Source: Chloroflexota bacterium
GTDB taxonomy: Bacteria > Chloroflexota > UBA6077 > CF-72
Assembly: GCA_019247515.1 (NCBI GenBank)
Contig: JAFAOS010000252.1
Location: forward strand, 138-64,137
Reading direction: 5' to 3'
DNA length: 64,000 nt
The translations under genes and the position numbers were made by a program. This document shows positions 1 to 9,535 of this stretch, in pieces. The notes beneath the pieces were generated by a model. The model ran no database searches. It was not told where the DNA came from and worked only from the letters and a program-made list of their open reading frames with translations. Positions within the stretch are counted from its first letter, which is position 1. Each line of letters opens with the position of its first letter.

Positions 1-37
1 AGCTTGGAGACGACGTCGTTGTGACCGTCGAAGATTG

Positions 38-1162
38 TCAGTGCCACAGTTCTGCGGACGCGATCCGCGCGCCCTCCACCAGCGATTCGAACTTCGCCCA
101 CATCACGCTCGGGTGTACGCGCTGGGTCGATTGGTTTTGCGCGAAGCCGCAGTCGGTGCCGGCGATGACGTTCTCCTTACCGACCAGGTTCGCGTAGCGG
201 ATGATGCGGTCGGCCACCAGCCGCGGGTGCTCCACCGTCGTCAGATGGTGGGTGACGATGCCGGGGATCAGGCTCTTGCCCTCCGGCAGCTTGTGGTCCT
301 GCCAGACGCGCCACTCGTGCTCGTGGCGCGGATTGGCGGCCTCCAGCGAATACGCGCCGGCCCTCACCTGCAAGATCAGGTCGACCAGTGCCTCCATTGG
401 CGCATCGGCGACGTGCGGCACGTGCCAGCTGCCGAAACAGACGTGGTAGCGCACGCGATCCTCAGGAATCCCGTCCAGGGCGTGGTTGAGCGCGTCGACG
501 CGCAGCTGCGCCCATTGTCGGTACCGCTCTGGACTTTGCTGGACCAGGTAGTCGTACATATTGGCGAGCACCGCATCGTCGACCTGCAGCAGGAAACCGG
601 CGTCGATGATCGCGTGATACTCCTGTTTCAGCGCATCCGCGATGGCATACACGTACTCGCGGTCGCTGGAGTAGTACTCGTTGCGCGAGTCATAGCCGGT
701 GCTCGCGGGCGCGACGGCGGTGAAAAATGCCTCGGTCCCGGATGGCACCGCCGCTTTCAGGTTGTCCAGGTCGCGCTGGATGAGTGCCTGACCCGAGTAC
801 GTGATCGGGCCGACGCAGACTTCGGTCGGCGCGCCGGTCAGCGCGCGCGGCATTTCCTGAGCGAAGAATTCGGGAAACCGCTCGCGGTCACGCCCGAGCC
901 AGTTGAGCGGAATCAGCTCGTCGGGACGAATCTCGAAGCCGGTGATGCGCTCGAGGACGTAGGCCGCCCAGCTCGACTTGCCAAATTCGCCGTCGTTGAC
1001 GACGTCGAGTCCAATGGCAACCTGCTGACGGACGATCTCGGCGACCGATTGGCGCAGCAAGCTGTCGTGTGCGGACGCATTGCTTGCATCCAGCAGGGCG
1101 GCCGGGCGCGGCAGGCTTCCGGTATGTGTCGTCAGAATGCGTTCGGTGCTCCGTCTCATCAC
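38..1162 (-). CDS. Cobalamin-independent methionine synthase II family protein (MetE C-terminal domain only)
   Basis: N-terminal ILTTHTGSLPRP, DGEFGK, zinc-ligand motifs HVCFG and GTDCGF; 374 aa half-size form. Confidence 0.9.
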   Translation of the reverse strand: MMRRSTERILTTHTGSLPRPAALLDASNASAHDSLLRQSVAEIVRQQVAIGLDVVNDGEFGKSSWAAYVLERITGFEIRPDELIPLNWLGRDRERFPEFFAQEMPRALTGAPTEVCVGPITYSGQALIQRDLDNLKAAVPSGTEAFFTAVAPASTGYDSRNEYYSSDREYVYAIADALKQEYHAIIDAGFLLQVDDAVLANMYDYLVQQSPERYRQWAQLRVDALNHALDGIPEDRVRYHVCFGSWHVPHVADAPMEALVDLILQVRAGAYSLEAANPRHEHEWRVWQDHKLPEGKSLIPGIVTHHLTTVEHPRLVADRIIRYANLVGKENVIAGTDCGFAQNQSTQRVHPSVMWAKFESLVEGARIASAELWH

Positions 1163-1263
1163 TCCACTTTCTCTGGCTCTCGCCGCCGATCAACTGTACT
1201 TCGCGTTGGCCAGCGATTGCCCAACGCTTGCCGTCTCGGACCTGAGCGTGTTTGCATAGCTGC

Positions 1264-1524
1264 GTGTCCGCCGAGCCCACCCTCACCAGAATCAACATTG
1301 AATACTGCGGCGAGTGTGGAGATGCTCCCGTCGCCCTGAAGGCGACCGAAGAGCTGCTGACCGCTTACGAGGATCGTATCTCGCAGATCACCCTGATCCC
1401 GTCGTGGAATGGCGTGTTCGAGGTGGTCATGGATGGCAAGCTGATCTTCTCGAAGACGCGTCTGGGGCGGCACGCGCACGCCGGTGAGCTGGTCAAACTC
1501 GTGGGCGAGCGCCTCGAGCGCTAA
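1264..1524 (+). CDS. Rdx family (SelT/SelW/SelH-like) redox protein, Cys form
   Basis: INIEYCGEC (CxxC) and GVFEVVMDGKLIFSK; start at GTG 1264 inferred. Confidence 0.85.
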   Translation: MSAEPTLTRINIEYCGECGDAPVALKATEELLTAYEDRISQITLIPSWNGVFEVVMDGKLIFSKTRLGRHAHAGELVKLVGERLER

Positions 1525-1555
1525 TCGAATCCCAACGCCACTGAGGAGTCGACGA

Positions 1556-2233
1556 ATGGCTGACAAGATCGACGTTGAGTTCTATTTCGAGCCGGTGTGC
1601 GGCTGGGCGTGGCGCACGTCCATCTGGATGCGACGTGTGGCCAGGGAGCGGCCGATCAACGTCAACTGGAAGCTGTTATCGCTGGCGGCGATCAACAATC
1701 CTGAGGACTGGACGAAGGACCCGAACACCGGTCACGTTCACGCGGCGGGGCTGAACCGCACGCTGGTGCTCGCGCGCCGCAAGGCGGGCAATGACGCCAT
1801 GGACCGGCTGTTCGTAGCGTATGGCAATGCGATCTTCGGTACGCGTGAGCTGCTGACCTGGGGTCAGCGCCCCAACCCGACACTGCGCGCCGAGCTCGCC
1901 GATCCCGATTATCGCGCGTTGCAGGCAAAGTGCCTGGAGACGGCTGGACTGCCGAAAACGCTGTACGAGGAGGCGATGTCCGACGAGTCGACCCACGAGG
2001 AGTGGATGGCAGAAAACGCCGAAGCCGTCGAGCGCCTCGGCGCCTTCGGCACCCCGACAATCGCCCTGAAAGGCTCCGACATCGGCATTTTCGGCCCCGT
2101 GGTCGACCCGGTGCCCAGCGGAGCCGAAGCCCTGGCCCTGTGGGACAGCGTCTACCAGACGCTCCACGCCCCGTACCTCTACGAAATCAAACGCAACCGC
2201 CCCCGGAGAACAAACGTACAATTCTCCGACTGA
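1556..2233 (+). CDS. DsbA-family / Rv2466c-like thioredoxin-fold protein
   Basis: VEFYFEPVCGWAWRTS, FGTPTI, IFGPVV, YEIKR; GAGGAG RBS upstream of ATG 1556. Confidence 0.85.
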   Translation: MADKIDVEFYFEPVCGWAWRTSIWMRRVARERPINVNWKLLSLAAINNPEDWTKDPNTGHVHAAGLNRTLVLARRKAGNDAMDRLFVAYGNAIFGTRELLTWGQRPNPTLRAELADPDYRALQAKCLETAGLPKTLYEEAMSDESTHEEWMAENAEAVERLGAFGTPTIALKGSDIGIFGPVVDPVPSGAEALALWDSVYQTLHAPYLYEIKRNRPRRTNVQFSD

Positions 2234-2242
2234 CTCTAGTAT

Positions 2243-2747
2243 TTTGATACGCGTGTTTATGCACGCCGCTACACTTGAGGTTTGACGCGTGTTTATGCAC
2301 GCCGCTACAGTTGAGGTTTGACGCGTGTTTATGCACGCCGCTGCGCGGCGGAGGGGTTCCACCCCTCTACCCCGCTGGCGTGGCCGACACGGATCGACCA
2401 CAGTTGTCAGCCACGTGTTCGACAAGAGGGGGAGCTCCGCTCCCCCCGGAAACCCCCACGGGGCTTCGCCGATGCGTGCCATCGTGACCTCGGTATCAGA
2501 TCTCTTTGTCACCCTGGTCGGTGACCGAGGTGGTCGGTCAACTTGTGTGGTGAGCGACCGAAGGTCCGGATGGTCGCGGCCGCCGAAGGCCGTGGGGACT
2601 GGGGAGCGGAGCTCCCCAGCGTAGCGCTTCCGAGCTGAAAACTGTGGTCGACTGCAGTCGGCCAAGCTAGCGGGGTAGAGGGGCAGCGCCCCTCCGCCGC
2701 GTAGCGGCGTGCCAAAGCACGCTCATAACCTCAAGTGCAGCGACGTG
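2243..2747. repeat. Long palindromic element (family C) with terminal 36-bp tandem units, copy 1
   Basis: Three direct units tttgacgcgtgtttatgcacgccgctacagttgagg (2243, 2281, partial 2317); ~150-bp imperfect inverted arms; inverted unit copies at 2701-2747; near-identical element at 19989-20370. Confidence 0.85.
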
Positions 2748-2797
2748 TTGGACCTCGCTTGACGTGAGTCGGTCAGGGCGACATACAGTTGGCCGCT

Positions 2798-4627
2798 ATG
2801 TGGAACGCTCGTCCAACTCGCCGACAGATGCTGGCCTGGCTTGGCGTCGGCTCTATCGGCATCCCGCTCCTGGCGGCTTGTAGCACCGCGGCGCCGGCCG
2901 CGGCGCCGACTGGTGCACCCGCCGCGGCCCCGACCGTCGGCGCGGCGCCCAAGCCGACCTCGCCACCGGGCGCCGCGGCCACCAGTGCTCCCGCCGCGGC
3001 AGCCACCAGTGCTCCCGCCGCGGCGGCCGGTGCGCCGACGGCCATCACCGCGCCCGCTTCCGGCAAGGTGGTCGTCGGTGGGGTGACGCTGCCCACGTAC
3101 GCGCCTTACGCCGGCGCCAGGCCGGATTCACCGGGCTCGCCTGATGGCATGATCGACAATGGCTACAAAGCTTACCCGGCCACGCGTGCCAAATCAGTGA
3201 CAACCACCCCAGGCGACGGCAGCGACATCAACATCATGACCTACACGGGCGGAGCGGTGCCGCCGGCCGTCGACAGCAATCCGGGCTGGCAGCAGGTCAA
3301 CAAAGAGGTCGGCGCCAACCTCAAGGTCAACATGACGCCGTTCGCCGACTATTTCGGCACCAAGCTCCAGGTGACCATCGCCGGCGGCGAGCTGCCGGAC
3401 CTGTTCTTCATCATTGCCGACCCGGGCATTACCCTGGTGCCAGAGTTCTTCAATGCCAAGGTCGCCGACCTGACCCCCTTCGTCAGCGGCGACGCCGTCA
3501 AGGACTACCCCAACCTCGCCGCGATTCCGACCCGCGCCTGGAAAACCACCATCTTCGACGCCAAGATTTACGGCGTCCCCGTCCCGCTCCGACCGTATTT
3601 CTGGTGGTACTGGGTCCACCAGGAACTCCTCGATCAGGCTGGTTTGAAGCAGCCGACCAACGCCGACGAGATGAAACAGCACCTCACCCAGTTCACCCAG
3701 CCCAACTCGGGCCTGTGGGGCATCGGCGTCGAAGCTGGCCCGATCTACGCGTACGGCTTGTGGATGGGTCTGTTCTCGTCGATCTTCGGCGCACCGAACA
3801 ACTGGGCGGTGGACCCCGCCTCGGGCAAGTTCACCGCCACCTTCGAAACCGACCAGTACAAGCAAGCCACGCAGTACGTCAAGGACCTGTACACCGCGGG
3901 CGTCTTCCACCCGGACTCCAGCAACTACAACACGATCAGCGCCCGCGACGCTTTCCAGGCCCGCAAGTTCGCCTACCGCTACGACGGCCTGGAGATGTAT
4001 GGCTGGCGCAAGCCGCCGGTCCAGTTGACGCCGCCACCCAACATCCAGCTGGTCAAGCCGTTTGGCGCCAGCGGTGGACCTGGCATGTACTGGTTCGGGC
4101 GACCGAACTTCGGCTACGTGGTCATGCCCAACACGCTCTCGCAGGATCGCATCAAGATGCTGCTGCGAGTCCTGAATTACCTTGCCGCGCCATTCGGCAC
4201 CGAAGAGGACCTGCTGTTGCGGTTCGGCGTCCAGGATGTCGAGTGGACCGCCGACGCCAACGGCAGTCCGCAGTTCACCGACAAAGGCATGACGGACTTC
4301 ATGCCCTGGCGGAACATCGTGGCGCCCGCCCCCGTCGCGTATCTGCCGGTCACGGTTCCCGAGTTTCCGACGCTGCTGCAGCAATGGGAAATGGAGCTGG
4401 CGGCGGTCGGCGTAGAGGACGCCAGCGTGGGACTCGTCTCGCGCACGTACGCCCAGAAGGGCGCAACCGCGAATCGCACGCTCGGCGACGGTTTCGACGA
4501 CATCGTCACCGGCCGGCGGCCCTTCAGCGACTATGACGGGTTGGTGAAGGACTGGCTCGATGCCGTGGGGACTACGGCCAAGATGGAGTATCAGCAGGCG
4601 TACACCGCGGCGCAATCAAAGGCATAA
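2798..4627 (+). CDS. Extracellular solute-binding protein (ABC family 1), Tat lipoprotein
   Basis: TRRQML twin-arginine signal, LAAC lipobox, Pro/Ala/Thr linker, GELPDLF and GKIYGVP-like motifs. Confidence 0.85.
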   Translation: MWNARPTRRQMLAWLGVGSIGIPLLAACSTAAPAAAPTGAPAAAPTVGAAPKPTSPPGAAATSAPAAAATSAPAAAAGAPTAITAPASGKVVVGGVTLPTYAPYAGARPDSPGSPDGMIDNGYKAYPATRAKSVTTTPGDGSDINIMTYTGGAVPPAVDSNPGWQQVNKEVGANLKVNMTPFADYFGTKLQVTIAGGELPDLFFIIADPGITLVPEFFNAKVADLTPFVSGDAVKDYPNLAAIPTRAWKTTIFDAKIYGVPVPLRPYFWWYWVHQELLDQAGLKQPTNADEMKQHLTQFTQPNSGLWGIGVEAGPIYAYGLWMGLFSSIFGAPNNWAVDPASGKFTATFETDQYKQATQYVKDLYTAGVFHPDSSNYNTISARDAFQARKFAYRYDGLEMYGWRKPPVQLTPPPNIQLVKPFGASGGPGMYWFGRPNFGYVVMPNTLSQDRIKMLLRVLNYLAAPFGTEEDLLLRFGVQDVEWTADANGSPQFTDKGMTDFMPWRNIVAPAPVAYLPVTVPEFPTLLQQWEMELAAVGVEDASVGLVSRTYAQKGATANRTLGDGFDDIVTGRRPFSDYDGLVKDWLDAVGTTAKMEYQQAYTAAQSKA

Positions 4628-4636
4628 GGAGAGGTC

Positions 4637-6067
4637 ATGTCGAGCACCGATCACTTTCAGACCGGCCGGCCGGTCGTGCTGCGCAATGGCATCGTCCTGA
4701 CCATGGACGACGGTCACCGCGTCCTGCGCGGCGCCGACGTCCTGATGGTTGGCGAGCGCATCGCCGAGGTCGGCCCGAATCTGACGGTGCCCGACGGCAC
4801 GACGGAAATCGACGCTAGCGACGGCATCGTCATGCCCGGCATGGTCGATACCCACCGTCACATGTGGCAAACGGCGATGCGCGGCTACGGCGCGGACTGG
4901 ACGCTGACCCAGTATTTCGTGTGGTACTACCTGCAGTGGGGCAAAGTGTGGCGTCCGCAGGATGTGTACGCCGGCAATCTGTTGTCGGCGATCGAGGCGC
5001 TCGACGCCGGCGTGACGACGACGGTGGACTGGTCGCACGGGCTGCAGACGGTCGAGCACGCCGACGCCGCCGTCGATGCGTTGCAGGCGGTGCCGGGACG
5101 ATTCGTTCTTGCCTACGGCAACATCCAGCAAGGTCCGTGGGAATGGTCGGCGCGCCCTGAGTTCCGCGATTTCGTGAAACGGCGCATGTCCGGCGGCAAC
5201 GACATGCTCGGCTTTCAGATGGCGTTCGACGTGCCGGATTCGGACGAGTTCCCGGAGCGCGCCGCGTTCGAGGTGGCGCGTGACCTGGACGTGGCGGTGA
5301 CGACGCATGCCGGCGTTCGCGGCGCGACGTCCGACAAGGGCATTCGCATGATGTACGACAACGGCTTCATGACGCCGCGCAACGTGTACGTCCACGCCGC
5401 CTCGCTGTCCGACGATGCCTACCAGCGCATCGCGGCCAGCGGCGGATCGGTCTCCGTTTCGACCGAAAGCGAGCAGAGCGCGGGCCAGGGCTACCCGCCC
5501 ACGTGGCGGCTGCGGCAGCACAATATTCCGGTGTCGTTGTCGATGGACACCAGCGTGTGGTGGAGCGGCGACCTGTTCTCGGCGATGCGCGCGACGCTGA
5601 GCGCCGACCGCGCCAGGGAGCACCTCGAGGCGCACACCCGCGATGAAACCGTGACCAATCACGCCCTGCGCGCGGAGCGGGTCGTGGCGTGGGCGACGCG
5701 CGGCGGCGCGCAGGCGCTGGGCCTGGACTCCGTCATCGGCAGCCTGGAGAAAGGCAAAAAGGCGGACGTGGTGCTGATCAAAAACGCCAGCTCGCCGGTG
5801 ATGTTCCCGCTGCTCCACCCGTACGGCCACGTCGTCTTCCAGGCGTCACGCGGTGACGTGCACACCGTGATCGTGAACGGCCGTGTGGTGAAAGCCAGTG
5901 GCAACCTGGTCGACATTGACCTGTCCGCCGCCCGCCGTGCGGTGTACGAGACGATTCTGTACCTGCAGTCGCAGCTTGGCGACGAGGCGTGGGTGGAAGG
6001 CATGCACCCGGAGATTCCCGAGACAAGGGTGCTGGACAATCCGTATACGTACACGTATCGGTCATGA
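4637..6067 (+). CDS. Amidohydrolase family protein (MTA/SAH-deaminase-like)
   Basis: MPGMVDTHRH metal motif, GSLEKGKKADVV; AGGAGAGG RBS. Confidence 0.9.
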   Translation: MSSTDHFQTGRPVVLRNGIVLTMDDGHRVLRGADVLMVGERIAEVGPNLTVPDGTTEIDASDGIVMPGMVDTHRHMWQTAMRGYGADWTLTQYFVWYYLQWGKVWRPQDVYAGNLLSAIEALDAGVTTTVDWSHGLQTVEHADAAVDALQAVPGRFVLAYGNIQQGPWEWSARPEFRDFVKRRMSGGNDMLGFQMAFDVPDSDEFPERAAFEVARDLDVAVTTHAGVRGATSDKGIRMMYDNGFMTPRNVYVHAASLSDDAYQRIAASGGSVSVSTESEQSAGQGYPPTWRLRQHNIPVSLSMDTSVWWSGDLFSAMRATLSADRAREHLEAHTRDETVTNHALRAERVVAWATRGGAQALGLDSVIGSLEKGKKADVVLIKNASSPVMFPLLHPYGHVVFQASRGDVHTVIVNGRVVKASGNLVDIDLSAARRAVYETILYLQSQLGDEAWVEGMHPEIPETRVLDNPYTYTYRS

Positions 6068-6175
6068 AGATTGTCGCCACCGTCGAACGGTGGGTGGCCA
6101 CAACGTGAGTGAGCTAGCGCCCTCTGGGGAACGCAGGTCCAGTAAATCCACCTACGGTGGAGCCCTTCATCAACC
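6066..6175 (+). repeat. Family A MITE-like element, degenerate copy
   Basis: Shares ggccacaa, ggaacgcagg and tccacctacggtggagccct with copies at 10190, 27633 and 37791. Confidence 0.75.
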
Positions 6176-6183
6176 CACAAAAT

Positions 6184-6241
6184 GGGGGTCGTAGGGGTCC
6201 CCCCTACCTCTCGACATGACCCAAGGTATCCCCACCGATGG
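6184..6241. repeat. Family B repeat (gggggtcgtaggggtc...cccctacc)
   Basis: Matches 10349-10420 and 10523-10595; internal hairpin gtagggg/cccctac. Confidence 0.75.
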
Positions 6242-6604
6242 TCAGGTGGCGATGTCAGGATATGGCAGGCTCCAGTGCTGGAGCCTCACCGCGTATTCCT
6301 TCTGGAACGCCAGCGGCTCCGCATAGTCGCGTTCGAACAGGGCGATATACAGTGTGAGCGTCAGGAACGGGTGAGCGCCGAGCTCGAAGAGCTTCACGTA
6401 GTCGTGGCTACCCAGCGCCTCCCGCTCCTCATCCGTAAACGACAGCCAGCTGGTTTTCTCGAGCGTGGGCAGGTTCAACACGAGGTTGGCCCGCTCACGC
6501 TCCCACCATGCCACGGTCCCCCGCGGATCGTTGCGGTAGCGCTCCACCAGCTCCGGATCGCGGTCGACCGTGTACAGGAACTTGTCGAGGAGGTACTTGC
6601 TCAC
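6242..6604 (-). CDS. Small subunit (LigA-like) partner of extradiol dioxygenase
   Basis: LTDEEREAL-like and LFELGAHPFL motifs; start overlaps the stop of the upstream LigB-like gene. Confidence 0.7.
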   Translation of the reverse strand: MSKYLLDKFLYTVDRDPELVERYRNDPRGTVAWWERERANLVLNLPTLEKTSWLSFTDEEREALGSHDYVKLFELGAHPFLTLTLYIALFERDYAEPLAFQKEYAVRLQHWSLPYPDIAT

Positions 6605-7464
6605 GCGGGCGACCCATCCGGATACCAGGTGAAGTACGCCTCCATTGTGTGGAACAGGTCCAGCGAATCCACGTAGTCCGCCTTCACGTTATCGCCGGCG
6701 ACACCCATCATCAGCAGGAAGTCCATGAAGCCGTGCGTGGCGTTGCCAGGAATCCACAGACTGTCCAGCGTCACCTCGCGGAGTGCGCCGTCGACATCCG
6801 AGCGCGCGATCCAGTCCACGGCTTTGCGGTCGAACTCCGGGTCTGGCCCGTGTGGGCCGAACTGGCGTGGACCGCCCAGCTCCAGCGACAGATGTCCGGT
6901 GCCGATGATCGCCACCCGCTGCTCGCTCGGCCACTCTTCCACCAGCCGGCGCAGCAAGCGCCCTAGCTCCACGAAGCGCTTCGGCTGTGGCAGCGGCGGC
7001 GCGAAGATGTTGGTGTAGACCGGCACGATCGGCAGGTCGGCCTCGGGCCGCAGCGTGATGATTGGACAGGTGACGCTGTGGTCGATGCGTAGCTCGTTGC
7101 TGAAGGCAAAATCAAACCCCGCATCCAGACCCTGACGCAGCAGGAAGGTCGAGAGCTCTTCGTGTCCGCGCAAGCACATCCGCGGCAGACCGAACTCGCG
7201 CTCCTCGTTGTAATAGTTGGCGTCGTAGAACGGCGCTTTGCCGATGAGGAACTGGGGCATGTTGTCGAGCCACAGCTGGTGGAAGTGGTCGGAGCCGACC
7301 ATGAGCAGGACGTCGGGCCGCGCGCGGGTCAGCGTCTCGCGAAATGCGGTGATCTTGGCGACCCATTCGTCGGCGAAGGGCGGCCGCGTCTCGGGAGGCG
7401 AAGTGCTGGCGCGGTAATAGAAAGGATGATGGGTAGAGGCGATGACCGCGGCGACGGTAGCCAC
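6601..7464 (-). CDS. Class III extradiol ring-cleavage dioxygenase (LigB family)
   Basis: STHHP, GSDHF, IDHSV, GTGHLSL, PEFDR motifs; GTG start at 7464 inferred. Confidence 0.85.
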   Translation of the reverse strand: MATVAAVIASTHHPFYYRASTSPPETRPPFADEWVAKITAFRETLTRARPDVLLMVGSDHFHQLWLDNMPQFLIGKAPFYDANYYNEEREFGLPRMCLRGHEELSTFLLRQGLDAGFDFAFSNELRIDHSVTCPIITLRPEADLPIVPVYTNIFAPPLPQPKRFVELGRLLRRLVEEWPSEQRVAIIGTGHLSLELGGPRQFGPHGPDPEFDRKAVDWIARSDVDGALREVTLDSLWIPGNATHGFMDFLLMMGVAGDNVKADYVDSLDLFHTMEAYFTWYPDGSPA

Positions 7465-7542
7465 AGGCGAGTTGCGTCCTCCTGTTCCGCCGGCAGTGTA
7501 GCGGTGCGGCGAGGTACGCTGCAGCGTGGAATTCGAGGCGAA

Positions 7543-8433
7543 ATGTCGGTAGTTCTGATCACTGGATGCAGCAGTGGTTTTGGCGAGCTGATCGCCAGAA
7601 CGCTCGCCACACACGGCCATCGGGCGTATGCCAGCATGCGCGGCGTCTCGGGGCGGAATGCCGAAGCCGCCCGCCGCCTGACGGAGTGGGCCGCGAGCGC
7701 CCACGTGCCCCTGAGCGTTGTCGAGCTCGACGTCACCAGCGACACGTCGGTGCGCGAGGCCGTCGAGCATATTCAGTCGACTGACGGGGACGTCGACGTG
7801 GTGGTCAACAACGCAGCCTCGAGCTCACGCGGCCCGCTGGAGGCCTTCAGTATCGCCCAGATGGCGGCGCTGCTGGACGTCAATGTTCTCGGCGGCATGC
7901 GCGTCAACAAAGCCGTGCTGCCGGCGATGCGCGCCCGCGGCGCCGGACTGATTATCTGGGTCTCGAGCACCCTTGGCCGGGTGCTGGTCGGGGGCGGTCT
8001 GTATCCGGCGAGCAAGTGGGCCGTCGAAGGCTTCGCGGAATCGCTCCACCATCAGGTGGCTCCATTCGGGATCGAGGTCGTGATTCTGGAGCCCGGCTCG
8101 TTTCCCACCCCGTCGACCTCCAATGCGATGCGCGCGGAAGACCAGGCGATCACCGACGCCTATGCGGCGGTTCCGACGCCCGCGCGCAATCGCCAGCTAC
8201 CCACGGACGGCAGCTATCAACCGCCCGACCCGCAGGAAGTCGCCGATGCGGTCCTCGAGATCGTGCAGATTCCGGCCGGGCAGCGCCCGCTGCGCCGGGT
8301 CGTCGGACCGCAGCATACCGATGGCGTGCCAGCGTACAACCAGGCCTACGAGCAGCTCCGGCAGCACATGGCGGAAGTCCTGCGGCGTCCCGATCAGGCC
8401 GTCACCTGGGGTCCGGCGTCCGACAGGAGATGA
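7543..8433 (+). CDS. SDR family oxidoreductase
   Basis: LITGCSSGFG, VVNNA, YPASK (YxxxK), LEPG. Confidence 0.9.
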   Translation: MSVVLITGCSSGFGELIARTLATHGHRAYASMRGVSGRNAEAARRLTEWAASAHVPLSVVELDVTSDTSVREAVEHIQSTDGDVDVVVNNAASSSRGPLEAFSIAQMAALLDVNVLGGMRVNKAVLPAMRARGAGLIIWVSSTLGRVLVGGGLYPASKWAVEGFAESLHHQVAPFGIEVVILEPGSFPTPSTSNAMRAEDQAITDAYAAVPTPARNRQLPTDGSYQPPDPQEVADAVLEIVQIPAGQRPLRRVVGPQHTDGVPAYNQAYEQLRQHMAEVLRRPDQAVTWGPASDRR

Positions 8434-8448
8434 CCGGCGCGCCCTGAC

Positions 8449-9513
8449 TCACGCGTGTCGGCCGACCTGGTCGCGCGCCTGCGCGGCTCCCTGGACCATC
8501 GCCCGCAATTTGGCGTACGCCGTCTCGCGCCCCAGGTACTTCATGCCGCAATCCGGCGCCACCACCAGCTGGGTGGCGGGCACGTACTCGAGTGCCGCCG
8601 CGATCCGCGCGGCGACCGTCTCGGGTGACTCGACTTCGGACGTGCCGAGATCGAGCGTGCCCAGCACGATCCGCTTGCCCGCCCTGGCCAGCGGCGCAAG
8701 CGTCTGCAGGTCCAGGTGTGGCTGGGCGGCCTCGATCGAGACCTCGTCGACTGGACTCTCGGCCAGCTCTTCGAGATAGGCGTAGCGGTTCGCGTTCTTG
8801 CCCCCGACCAGCGCGGCGTAGCCAAAGCACATGTGCAGCGCGCGGGTGCCGGTGGCGCCTTCGAAGGCTTTCGAGACGACCTCCACGCCAAACGCGCGGG
8901 CTTTGTCGGGCGCGTTGCGGAACCACGGCTCGTCGATCTGCACCACGTCGGCGCCGGCCGCGTACAGCTCTCTGATCTCGGCGTTGGCGGCCTCGGCGTA
9001 GGCCAGGGCCAGCGCGCGCGGATCGCGATAGTAGTCGTCGACGGCTTGCACGGACATGCTGAACGGACCTGGCAGGGTGATCTTGATGCGGCGCTCGGTA
9101 TTGGCGCGCAGGAACTGCAGGTCGCGCACCTCGACCGGCGCGCGGCGCCGGATCGGACCCACTACACGGGGGACCAGCGTCGGCCGCCCGGTGGTGCCGC
9201 CGATCTCGGCTGGATGCTCGGGGTCGAGGCCGTCCAGAGCCGTTGCGAAGCGATTCGAGTAGCTCTCGCGGCGCATCTCGCCGTCGGTGATGACGTCGAG
9301 GCCGAGCTGTTCGAAGGCGCGGATGGCCAGCAGGGTCGCGTCGTCCTGGGCTTGCGTCAAATACGGCTCCAGGACACGCCAGACCTCGGCCACGCGGACG
9401 CGCGGCACACCGCGCTCCCTCAGCTTGTCGCGGTCGATGAGCCAGTCAGGCTGCGGGTAACTGCCGACCACCGTGGTTGGAAACAGCTCAAAGGTGCCGC
9501 CGCTCACGTGCAC
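8449..9513 (-). CDS. Cobalamin-independent methionine synthase-like protein (half-size MetE), second paralog
   Basis: PTTVVGSYPQP, TDGEMRRESY, VQIDEP, HMCFG, APDCG. Confidence 0.9.
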   Translation of the reverse strand: MHVSGGTFELFPTTVVGSYPQPDWLIDRDKLRERGVPRVRVAEVWRVLEPYLTQAQDDATLLAIRAFEQLGLDVITDGEMRRESYSNRFATALDGLDPEHPAEIGGTTGRPTLVPRVVGPIRRRAPVEVRDLQFLRANTERRIKITLPGPFSMSVQAVDDYYRDPRALALAYAEAANAEIRELYAAGADVVQIDEPWFRNAPDKARAFGVEVVSKAFEGATGTRALHMCFGYAALVGGKNANRYAYLEELAESPVDEVSIEAAQPHLDLQTLAPLARAGKRIVLGTLDLGTSEVESPETVAARIAAALEYVPATQLVVAPDCGMKYLGRETAYAKLRAMVQGAAQARDQVGRHA

Positions 9514-9535
9514 AGGCTACTCTGTCTGCGAACAG

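Noticed and set aside
1264-1524. Possible selenoprotein (Rdx CxxU)
   Set aside because: The motif is TGC GGC GAG TGT (CGEC); there is no in-frame TGA.
2243-2345. 36-bp direct repeats resembling a CRISPR array
   Set aside because: The units abut with no unique spacers, occur inverted at the other end of a palindromic element, and no cas genes are present.
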